Part shown: piece after piece, positions 14,101 to 26,100 of the stretch
How the letters are laid out: each line of letters opens with the position of its first letter
Position numbering within the stretch: position 1 is the stretch's first letter
Assembly (NCBI GenBank): GCA_002633005.1
Contig: NMRA01000421.1
Coordinates: 138,171 to 202,170 of the forward strand
Length of the DNA stretch: 64,000 nt
DNA from: Phoronis australis
Taxonomy: Eukaryota > Animalia > Phoronida
Direction of reading: 5' to 3'
Translations under genes and position numbers: made by a program
The notes under the pieces: generated by a model
Told to the model about the DNA's origin: nothing
The model's input: the letters and a program-made list of their open reading frames with translations, nothing else
Database searches by the model: none

Positions 14101-17100
14101 CCAAGTAACAAACTTCATGACAAAGCAAAATACTTGGAGAAATTTCTTTTCGCCAAGTGACAATTTTCTCAACGTGTGTTCTCGTTATGGTCAAATCACT
14201 TATACGTCACTACTCCGAAAGTCTATCACTTCAAAGGTTCATAACTCCGGGGGTTGACTGCTCCGAAGGTTGATTATTCCGAAAGTTCACAACTGTGAAG
14301 AGCTCCTAACGAGGTGGAGCTGACATGAATAAAGTATTGTTTTTGTGTCCGTTTAGGGAAGACTTGATCGAATACAAGGTAGTCTACCGGCCATGTAATT
14401 TCGCCGGCCCTGTCGTGCGCATGGTTCCAGTACTGTGGGTGAGATTGAGGCGCAACAGGTGAACTTTTCTGTCGCGGAGTGAAATGAGATGATCGGGACA
14501 TGAATTTGGTGAATGTATTGCGTATTCTTTTAAAAATGCAAATAGGTACTCATTTTCCGTATTCAACGTATAAAACATGCTTTGCAACCCAATTTCACAT
14601 GGCAGCGCAGTAAACACAAACCAAATGTATTAATACCTTGGAGTTATTCTCGGTATGCACATGTGTACATGTACACCACTGCGTCTGATACAATTCCAAA
14701 TAAGTCAGAGGTTTCTTGGCACAATTAGTCAACAAACCCGTTACCGCCATTTGTCACATGCCAACCCGTGGCCCTGGGTGCCCTGAATAGTCTACTCTCT
14801 TATATATTCCCTGCTCTAGTCTTAGAGCTTTTGGTGTATAGGAGCAAACTGACAGCTTTTAATAGGGTATTTTTCATACTGGTGCTGTCTAGAGTAATAA
14901 GAGCCGCGAGAAGGCGACTTCTGCTTGATCGAGACACTGATTTGATGGGCAGAAATTGAGTGCGAGCATGCTCGGCTGTTCATTTTTTGTCTGACATTTC
15001 CCCAGCGTTCTTGTTGACTCAATGACCTTCCATTTTAAAGTTACACGTTTCTTAGTCAGTTTCCTTCTCATTATTCCGAATTTGTTGACGTCATTCAAAA
15101 TCGACGGTTGTCGTTTCTGTCACGGTCGTCACCTTCTTTATCCTCATCGCTGTATTAACGTTTGCTCTTTCAATGTCATCGCCAAATTGGCGGGATCTGT
15201 TTCTGCTAGTTTTTATATAACTTACGATATCACATTGTCAGTGTATCAAGTAATCCTGCCCCGTGCACTGAAGCACGTGTGTGCGTGTGTGTTATTTCAG
15301 GCAGCTTCCTGTTGCCATGCATACACGTGTTACCCCCATCCTTCTTGTTTCTCTTCCATGTCTCTGTAACGTGTTCTGCTTCATGATAAATGGAATGAGG
15401 CCTGCATTTTTCTGAAAACACCATCGGTGAGAGAGAGTGGATTTAATTCAGTCACATGTGCCTCAACTGTGATTATACGTTGATATAAAATTAATTATAT
15501 GCTGTTGTGTTGTCAGAGAGATGTGCCTTGTACGGAGACAAGATGTCTGGGGTCCGTCATGTTTCCGGTGGTGTCAACAACCCAAAACTACGAGACCATT
15601 TTGAGAGAGGCCGAAGATTTTTTGAGGCAATACTATACATCTATCAACAAGTGAGTGTGAAATCTAGTCAAATGATACCGTCAGGTCAAACCCTCTATAC
15701 ATTATGATTTGAGATGTTATGTAACTGAATGCGTCAAATATTGCGTTTTGGGCATTGAAATTTGACTGTCTGCTTCATTCAAACAGCACGTTCTACCTTA
15801 CATAACGAGCCTATTATGTATGGTTAGCTGATAAACGATTTATTTGTTCCTCTGTGAGTAAATGTAAATCTCAATAAGTAAACACGGTTCCTTGCACTTT
15901 GCCTGTCTAGACACATGATAACGAATGATTAATGAAATGAATTTACAGAGCAGCATGTGGCTAACCAACGTTATTACAGGGTCTTTACCAAATAAGCATT
16001 TGTAGTCCTTCAGAACACTTTCCTAATGATTTTAGCCGAGGTAACTTTCGCAATTTCACCGTCCGCCAAACGTGATAAACAGACAGAAAATCAGATTCTT
16101 CTTGTCTTGTGAATTGTTAGCCGAAAGAAACCAGGTGGCAACCTTAAAGGAGAATGCCATCCGATTTAATTAGTCTTTTTTACCGTCTTAATCGGTCTAT
16201 ATCCACCATCACCTCGCATACGGTCGATCTTACCTCGCTGAGAGGTGTCGCTTTAATTAACCGGTGAGGAAAGTGAAAACCGACGCAGTGACGTTAGAGT
16301 GAGTGCCGCTATAGTGTGGTGTATCGATCCCGCTTGTGCGAACTATGATGAAGCTGCAAGGAAAGCGAATTTATATTTTTTTCGATTTCTTCGAGAGCTT
16401 ACAATGCTTCGGAAGTGGTTTGCGGTTGTGAAGAATGAAAAGTACGCCGTAATACCAAGTATGAGGCCGTGAAACTTCTCCTTGTCTGTGGTCGGCATTT
16501 CGTCTACAGTGATTTCACTGACGATCGAATACCGGCTTACCAAACAGCTCATGCCAGGGCAGAAAAAGAGACTGAGGCTGAAGTCAGACGTTGTGCATAG
16601 TGTGTTTGCGTTTGGTAGGCAGGAGACAAAGCAGCGCGGATCGGTTGTTGCTCAGTTTTGATTATGGAGAACTGTAGTTGGTCATGAAAACAGGAACAAT
16701 TGCAATTAATTCAAGGAATGAGAACATAACGTTTTATATTAGCTGTTTGATGACTGGCTCGTTCGTAAGGCTTCTGTTTGGTCCTCTGGGTGAAGAATGT
16801 TTTCACCACTTCTTTTTCTCAGCCCTAAAAAAATTCATAAGGACACCTCTGGTTAGGTGCGGTGCAAAATCAGGATGGCCCGTGAGGCACATCTGCGCTT
16901 CACAAAAAAAATTTCGTGGCAGCAAACTCAAGCGTCAGTTGTTTCCATTATCGTGCAGCTGGCACACTGACACCATATGACAAGTCATTTAGTCAGTGTA
17001 TTTCGGTTCGAACTGATAGCTTGTGAAACCTAACGATCGACTTGTGAAGTCTTCGTCGGGTGAGCACTTGTCTAAGTCGGGATTGCGAGTTGCCACGTTT

Positions 17101-20100
17101 GACGTTTATTCTTGTGCGTTCTGTTTCAAAATGAATCATTCTCACCCTAACCAATTCTTATATAAAACTGAAACAAGTCTGCCACTGGCCGGGAAAACAA
17201 TCGTTTTTGTGTGTTTAGAACTGAAAAAATCGCAGGTCTAAAATTACAACACTATGTTCTCCTGTCTGTATTTCATGGACGAATAATTTGAATTTATCAC
17301 CGAACGACAGACCCCAAACTCCCGCGACCGACCTTGGTAATTTGGCCCACCGAACTTTGTAGGCTACGATACGTTCCAATACCTATAAATCCCCACAGCG
17401 AAATAAAACAACACATTGGTTCAATAACTCGATGTATTTGCAAGGGTGTTACATCGAATTTTGTTGATTTATTGGTGTAAAACGATGATATCAACCGATA
17501 AGCTGACACCAGTAAACTTGTTGTGAACTGCTGAGCTGACTGCGTTCGAACCTTTGACGTCACTGGTTAATTTCGACACCTTCGCTGCCATTAGATGTCA
17601 GGTAAAAGAACTGTACTTGCTGTTATCGAGTGGAACTACTTAATCTAAATTGATACAAAATAGGTTGTTTTTGGGTGGTATTCTTCTTTAAACCTTTTTT
17701 CGGTAATCGCATGCTTAAGGCAACGTAAAGTCGTGATTCGTAACTTTGTCGTCAGGTTTCCATTCTTGTATTCTCGTTTGTGTTTCCTCTTCCGGTCGAT
17801 TTTAGCTAGGTCAACTTCTTTTAAGGAAAAATACAATACTCACAAGGCACTGTGCAGGGACAAAAGGTGCAAATACGACTTAATTCACGAAACGCTACTC
17901 ATTCAAATATTTTATATAAGATTTTTTAAATTGACCCAGTTGTAAGGGTAGCTATGATCGTTGTCACAGTTATTCTTTATCTATGTTGTTTTTTAGGTTA
18001 GACTCTGATGCTCATCGCAAAAGATGGGAACAGGTCCGGACTGACATTGAAGAGAAGGGCTGGTATGAGCACACGTTCCGTGAGTTGGCTTTTGGGGCAA
18101 AGACTGCATGGCGCAATGCTCCAAGATGCATTGGACGAATTCAATGGTCCAACATAACGGTATGGTACCTACAAACCAGTGGCAGATCTACATTTTCAGT
18201 AAGAGGGGTTTCGAATTCGCGCTAATCTGAGGTGCGTAGCGCCGAGCAGGGGGAAAGTCCCTCCCGTGTAAGATTTTTTTGGTTTTTGTAGCTGATTTTG
18301 TTTTCCTGGCGACGTTTTTTTTTTAATTTTATTTTTGATCCTGTCCCGGGGAGGTTTAATCCTCCTGAGCCCCCCCTCCCCCACGAAGATCCGCCTCTGC
18401 AAACTGAAGTTCCCTTGTGGATTTTTATTTTGGGTAGTTGTTTTTGTAGTTATTGTTGTCCTTGTATTTAATGTTGTTGTTGATGATGATAATGTTTTCA
18501 GACTTTCGTTTTCCTTCCAGACATTCGACGGTCGCCATGTGGCCACGGCAAGAGGAATGTTTGACATGTTGTGCTCCCAACTGAAATTTGCTACAAACGG
18601 TGGGATTCTACGGTAACCGTTATCACAAATTTCAGGTTGACCAATGTCTGCCCAGCTTTGCAGCAAAAATTGACTTGGTTGGTTGCTCGAGCTATTCACT
18701 ATAAACTATTCTCATTCATTGAGCATATCTTAAAGTGGCTCACCGCGAAGCGTCCGAGGCGGAAAACTGACAACTTTAAACAGCCAAAAAAGATATAATT
18801 TACAGTGGAGTGTCTGGCTGCAGGAATAAAGTCTGAGCCTTTCAGTTAGCTTTGCTCCACTGGTAATGAATTGCAGGTCAAATAGTCAAACGACGCCAGT
18901 TGACGTATCATACCCTTCGTCAGATCCTAGTCAATGAAGTATGATTGGTATTCTTGTTATCTGAATTCGCAAGAACTTGTTTTATTGAATATACGTAAGA
19001 AATCAAAAAGAGTACGTTCCTGAAGGAAGAATGCGCATGCAATTGAACCTCTTTCGATAATCTTTGGGACCATTAGACTGCAAAATATTGAAAAAATATT
19101 GATGAAATCTGTTCGGAGGCAGCTTTCGGTAATCAGTTCTAAACCTACCTGGTCCAACAAATTTTTCACCCTAACCCCTCCTTTATAGCACAAAAATACC
19201 AAATGCAATCACGTATGTAAAGGCGGCGCAACCTCGGTCGCGCAACATCGAAGATGGCATTCATAATATTCCTTTCATGATAGGATTCTACATGTATTTC
19301 CGTAACATGAATAGCGAAACCATCAGTCAACCCTCAACTTAAAAATTGCTATCTTAGTTGCCGGCTCTTTCTGCAACAACTCAATGTCACATGAGGGTAG
19401 CATAAATGCTAAACTTAAAGCTCTTCGGTTAAGAATTCGGCATCTATAGCGAAATGTCCCTTTGCTCATAAAGTTGGAACCATGTTTTATTCATCCATTT
19501 ACCGATATAATCAGCCAGTTGTACAAGCACGAAAGTCAGCAATAACTGCTGTCGTGGTACTGTTTCCGTTACTTTAACCACAAACGCGGGACTTTATTCG
19601 GTTTAAACATTGACGGCCGAGTTCCGGATACGTGTACCCAAACAGTAAACACTGAATACTAGTATCAAACGACAAAGTATATGCTTGCTCATTGGTAACT
19701 TTTTAGCAACTATTGAATTGTTTAAAAGTCCAGATCCGATGTTGACTTGGAAACGCGTTCAATTTTGCTCACTTAAGTCGTTTTCCCTTTAGAAGCGAAA
19801 CTTCGCTTTTACTGAAGTATCGATAAGTGGAAAATGTTAACGGTAGTTAATCTGCAAACGAAACTTCGCTTAAAATACTAGGACTTAGTGGGAACACTAA
19901 AAGCGAAGCCTCGTCGAAGTTATCGGTAGAGGTCGCGGCAACGATGTGCGATTGTAGCGTAGCCGACGTGATCTCTCTAAGCGGACGTAAATAAATAAAA
20001 GAAAGCATATCTGATCATAGATTATAGACTATAGTCTATGATCTGATGAAGAATGACACTGATCATTTTCATTAACACTCGTAAATGGCAAGCAAATCCA

Positions 20101-23100
20101 CTACTCAATGTTCGTCAGGGAGTACGAATTAACTGCGTCGTCGTCTTTTGTCATAGCGGTAACTCCGATATCGCTATTAAGCATCGACGGCCAAGGACCA
20201 TGTGGTAGATAAGTTTCACACTTAACATGTTTTTATCCCCTATAAGTAAAGTTATTTATTATTATCATTATCATTATCATCATCATTATTATTATTATTG
20301 TTATTATTATTATAAGCAGGAAAGGTAAGCGACGCTTCGGCGAAACTTCGCTAAACCAAAGATTCCCTAATGGGAAGCGCTTTCAGTGTTTTGGAGAGAG
20401 CGTTTCCTGCAGCGGGGCGCTTTTGCATGGTCTGACGTTACATCTTTCTCAAGAGAGAGCTTCGCCGCTACACGTTAAACGTGAACGCGACCGTGTGACG
20501 TCGGCATTTTTGCTTACGACGGCGCAGAGTTGGTCAACATTTTTGCGTTCAGTCTTCAGGCTACACGTTGGACAGTAAGAATGTGAAGACAGCTGATCTC
20601 GCGTAACACGCTGATTCCCTGCGTGTCCGCTAGGGGGTATAGGACACGCAGGTATCATTCAGCAGCACACGTTTATGACTGGTTGATACAACATCGGCAG
20701 TCATTGGATAATTTTACAACAAAGAAAGAAAATGGCTGACTGTAAACGATTTTTAGCCTTGTCAACATCTTTGCGAACCAAGTTTTCTCTCTACTGCAAA
20801 TATCTCGTTTCTGCAGTAATGTTTTTAAACATTACTGCAGAAAAAAATAGCCGCGTGGCCAATTTAACTTGTTTGTGATTCATACTGTGTAAACACTGGT
20901 CAGGAACGTAAACAAAGTCAGCGACAGTAGAAAAATGCTCACCGAAAAGGCACAATCACAACTTTTCGATTCACATTGTTTTAACATATTCCAATTAAGC
21001 ACCGATTTGTCTGTACAACGGACCACAAATTATGTTCACATACACTTCCTCCATCAATCATGCCAGTTGTTTACGTAAAACGCTACCTCATGACAATTGG
21101 ACCAGCTAATCAGAAACGCCAGTGTAAAAATTTTTTCCTAGGAAAATTAAATGATACCTGCGTGTCCTCTACCCCCTAGTAGACACGCGGGGAACCAGAG
21201 ATCTCGCGTAAGCATGGGCGGCGCAGCACTGAAATAAGTGGGGAGCTATAGTCCCGGAGCCTCTATGGTGTGCGCCGCCCATAGGTCGCAGCACTGAAAT
21301 AAGTGGGGGCTATAGCTCCCCCCTCCAGCCACCATTGCCGATTTCTCGCAAAAGATCGTTAAATTTATGCAACAGTTTAATGCTTTTTTCACCCAAGAGA
21401 CGGTGTAGCTTAGTGCATGTGTGTTACTCGGTTTAAAGATTGTTATATGACCTTTGTTCTGAGTTCTTTGTCGCGTTGGTGGTTTTTCTCAGAAACCCCA
21501 CAGTAATCGGGTAGTAATGAGTGACTCGTGCCAAACAACAATTCTCAATTTCGGTGATATTTCATGAAAGCAAATGAGAAGAATGCTTTGAATAGCAAAC
21601 AGGAATAACTGCGAGTTTATGAATTGAGGAAAAAACTTTTTTCTGCATTTTTGCTCAAAGTCACTTTTAATGTCAGAAACAACGACAGCTGGGAGTTTCT
21701 GTACCTGGGTTATTGATTGTTCTTACAGGGGAAAGAATATTGCGTAACTTTGACGCCCCCCCCCCCACAGCCGCCACCTATTTTTCGCACCCGCACCCCT
21801 CATATGGTTCGTGTTTGCTTTTAACGTGTAGCCAAAGCTCACTATTACAACACACCGCATAGGCGAATGTGAAGCTGTGGTCTCACGTGTCAAATGTGAC
21901 GCCGAAACTCTCTATTATGCGCTGACGGATTGAGGTGACGAGAGATACCGTTTGAATTTAATGGATTTAGCGTCATACATATCACCGTGGGCGTAACTTG
22001 TTGGGGGTGTCGGAAAAGGTTTGGTAAAGAGGTTTATTCAAATGAGAATTTTACATTTAAGAGTAATGAAAAATGAGGTTTCAAGAAGGGTCTCTTTACT
22101 CGTTTGTGATAAGTTTGTCCTTTGCTTTAATTGCGGGTATTCTTAGCGTTATTAAGTTTCGTAACATTTTAACTAACACTGAAAAATTCTCTATTCGTTA
22201 AAAATGAGGTATAACTGTTTCATTTACGGAGATGGCCGTCAAACTAGTTCACATTATATTACTGTGGGAGTATTTCAGTCTAGTACTGCAATACTCACGA
22301 GTCCTTCTTACTTACTAGGTTCCGAATCCTCATTTCAACGTACTGAATGTTCACGAAATGCAAATGTCTGTAAGAAAGTAGGAGGTAATGCTATTTTATT
22401 CAAAAAAGTTTAAATCGATGAATGACCGGATTACACTTAATTTTAGTGGGAGCCCATTTGATCTCGTCACAGTGCATACGGTGCGGGTTTCTTGTGTTGT
22501 GATCTGGCGCAACTCATGAATCAGGTCCGACTTTCCGAGAAACGACGAGTTAACGGGAACTATTGACGTTGCTAACAACTCTATCCAAGCCTACAAACTA
22601 TCTACGCGTCAAAAAATTTTACTTGCCTTAATCTCTTTTTTGTCTCGCTTCTTGGCAGGAGACTCATAATTTGCGTCTGAACCATGCGACTTTGTACACG
22701 TCCTGGCCTACAGGAGTACATCGCATGTACCAGTTGCTCTTGTGGACAAACTGGAAGGCTTCGCACCTGTATCTTTTTATTGCATCCTTGAATGTCTCAA
22801 ACAGAGTGAAATTTTGTGTTTGTAGATCGTCGATCACAATCTTTGCTCCTCGAACTGACAGTAAACGTGTCTTCCGGATTTGGAACAATGGGTTGCTATG
22901 TTACGCTGGGTACGAGCAACCTGACGGCAGTGTTATTGGAGATCCTGCAAATGTGGAAATCACGAATGTAAGTGTAAGAAAATAACGAAATTAATGTAGA
23001 GGAGGGTGAGAGTTAGGGAGAAAGGGCGAAGAGGGAGAGGGGGTGGGTAAAGAATGACAAGGTTGGGGAAACGGGATACACATCTGTTCAGATGGGCAAG

Positions 23101-26100
23101 AGTCGTACCAACAGGGAGGGAGACAAGGTGATCCATAGCCTTAGTACAAAGCTGTATACTAAATATATTTTGACGATAGCCTTCATACATCTAGCTGGCT
23201 GGCTAGGTGATTCAGTGAGATGAAGGTCGTTGTAAAGCAACTATGGTACGTTTTATGGTCATTTCCGTAAACAAACAATAATTGTCTTTTACAGATTGCC
23301 CTAAAACTTGGATGGAAAGGCAAAGGTGGCATGTTTGACTTGCTGCCGCTAATTCTTCAAGCTGGTGGGGAAGATCCCGAAGTCTTTGAAATTCCCCCAG
23401 AGTGTGCCTTAGAAGTTCATTTAAAACATCCACGGTAAGGTGGCCAACCTCTTACGTCGTTGGCATGCCTCCTTGTTTCAGAGACTGTAAAGTCTGACTT
23501 CCAGTATTTCCTACCTAGTTGTTGATCATCCCGGCAAAAGTAATGGAATTCGAGAACAATGCAATGGAAATAGTTTTATTAGAATTTCTTACTAGTTAAG
23601 TTATTACTACTGCTAATGCATGAATCGCAAAGCTATTGGAGGCCAGCATTCTTTAGATCACTTTGTAGATTCAAATGGTTTGAGGAGCTGGGCTGGCGTT
23701 GGACGGCCGTGCCCGCTGTGTGCGGGATGATGATGGATTGTGGCGGTGTACAGTACACGGCGACAGCATTTAGCGGTTGGTTCATGAACACCGAAGTGGC
23801 GGCAAGAGACCTGTGCGACAGTGGGCGCTACAATCTTTTGGGGGTAAGTGTGCATTATCCACAAAGTCTCGACTCGGTCTTTGTCACCACATGAGGGCGC
23901 TGCGAAAGAACTTGTCGCGTATTTTTCTTGGAACCATAACGGAGGTACGTTTCATACAACAAAGTCGCTTAAATCAACATGCCTGTGGCTGGAGGTGATG
24001 TGACGGGTGCACAAACGCTATCTCCCTCATCGGTAGTGTAGGCCTTACTTTGCCTGTGCGAGTTTGTGTCCATTGGAACCCCTAATAGCTATGATGAGGA
24101 CAAGTAGGAGATGAGAGAAGTGGTGAAATCGGCACCGACCGTCACAATTAATGAACTGGTTACGTCTGTGGGAAGTCAATATTTGTGACGTTATATGAAT
24201 GGAAAATTGGGAATCGGAGAAGGCAAATTTTGTGAACGTGTTGGTGACCGTGAAATCAAAATTTTGTTGCGGCTTGTGAAGGCAACGTTGACGATTATCG
24301 AAGAGACGAGTGAGAACCACTGCACCCGGGATGACTAGTGTTGATGTCTAAGATTGGAATGTTTGTCCGAGCTGACTAGTGACTTATAATAAGGGATATT
24401 TAACCGTGAATTTAAACATGTAATTTTATTTTGACCGCAGGTGACGAATGTGAAATAACAACTTCGTGAATAAAGTGAGTTCCAAAAATTGCAGGAGTTC
24501 ACCAAATAAACGAGTGGGTCGCCATCGAAGTATCTAAAATTATGACAAGTGTCCAACAGTGTCCTTAGAGCTTCATACACTGTATACTTTTAAGGCGTGC
24601 CTTTCGTCGTCAATAGCTCTAGTACATACACAGCAAAACGCTGATCTCTAGCTAACCTTTAGGGAAGTGTACCGTATGCCAGCTCGGATTTTCAGTTAAT
24701 GATTTGAACTCCTAAAACGTACACGAACTGAAACTAGAATACACGTACGTCTATTTTCAAACAGTTAATAACAATCTAATTTACTAAGAGGTGTTACTTC
24801 ACCCAGCCTACGTAATAAATTGTTTCAATTCGCAGATAAATAACTCTTCGTTTCCAACCTTATGACAGACCCATGTACTGCCAAGTTCAGTTCTGCAGAA
24901 CAACTGTTTAGCTGTTTCCTTCAACAACGTCATACTAGAAAAGGTTATAATATAACTTGTCTAACGCAGGATCAAAAATTTATTTAAATAGCCAATGATA
25001 TAGATATGTCGACAGCCACGCGCCTAAAACTGCCGAGTTACTGTATGTTGAAGCTTGGCAACATGTTATAATGAAATGTATACCACAATATTATCCTTGA
25101 AAGGCATTTACAACCGTGTAATAGCCCATAAAGTTATCTCACTAGTGAGATAACATTTTGGCGGGAAACTGACGCCGGATTTGAACCCGGGCCTCAAGAG
25201 TTTAGAGTCGCCCACTTTACCACTACACCACTCAGCGACTGACGTCATCGAACTTGAATGAGCACGCGCAACAATCCCATGTTCAGCAAAGGGCATCGCT
25301 ATGAAAAATAAGACGCATAATTTCGATAAAAACCATATTTTAATTCAGTGAATTTTTCTCTCGTGTTCTCTCACTTGTAAATCACCGATCTCCAATTTGA
25401 ATGCGGGTATCGTGGCGTCGGGATCCTTTGACTTGAGCATTATAGTCAGTTACTAGTGGTAATCTACTTTAGCAGACGATATTTTCCCGGTCGAAGCTTA
25501 GCGTGATAAAATGTGTAGTAAGCTTTAATAGTTGCTAAAACTTAATTTATAGATTCACTTTATTTCTATTTTGTTTTATTTTTCAATTGGTTTTGAGTAA
25601 AAGCATTGTTTGACAAAAATAGCTCGGCTTTTCTTAAAAGGTCACAACCTTCGACTCCGGGCCTCTGACATAGAAAGTAGTTACAAAGCCGAGGCGAGTC
25701 GAGAAAGGTACATTGTAGATCGATTCATTGCAATGTTTCTCGTTTAGTATGTGGTATAAATAGATTATTACATGTTCTCAGTCGTTATCCCCCTTATCTA
25801 GAGCCCTCGTGGACTTTGTAGAATTATCACCTTCGGGGCTAACGCGCCTCGAGCGATTATTCTTCAAAATCCACTCGAGCTCTAGATAACGGGGGATAAC
25901 GACTTCGCCATGTAATAATCTCTATTTATGTTGCGTAATCGTTGTGCTTGAGCAGCAGCTTGGAACTCGTAGGGAAAACATTTTATAAGCAGTATGAAGA
26001 AATATAATGCCAATGCCTGTACCTAGAGGGGGGCTCAGGGAGCTCGAACGAGCCCCTTCATTTGCTGAATTGGGCAAAAAGGTCCGCCTTAGAGAAACAA

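Noticed and set aside
25167-25237. tRNA gene calls at 25167-25237, 57403-57473 and 58256-58326
   Set aside because: The anticodon arms do not pair and differ between copies; all lie inside an interspersed repeat.
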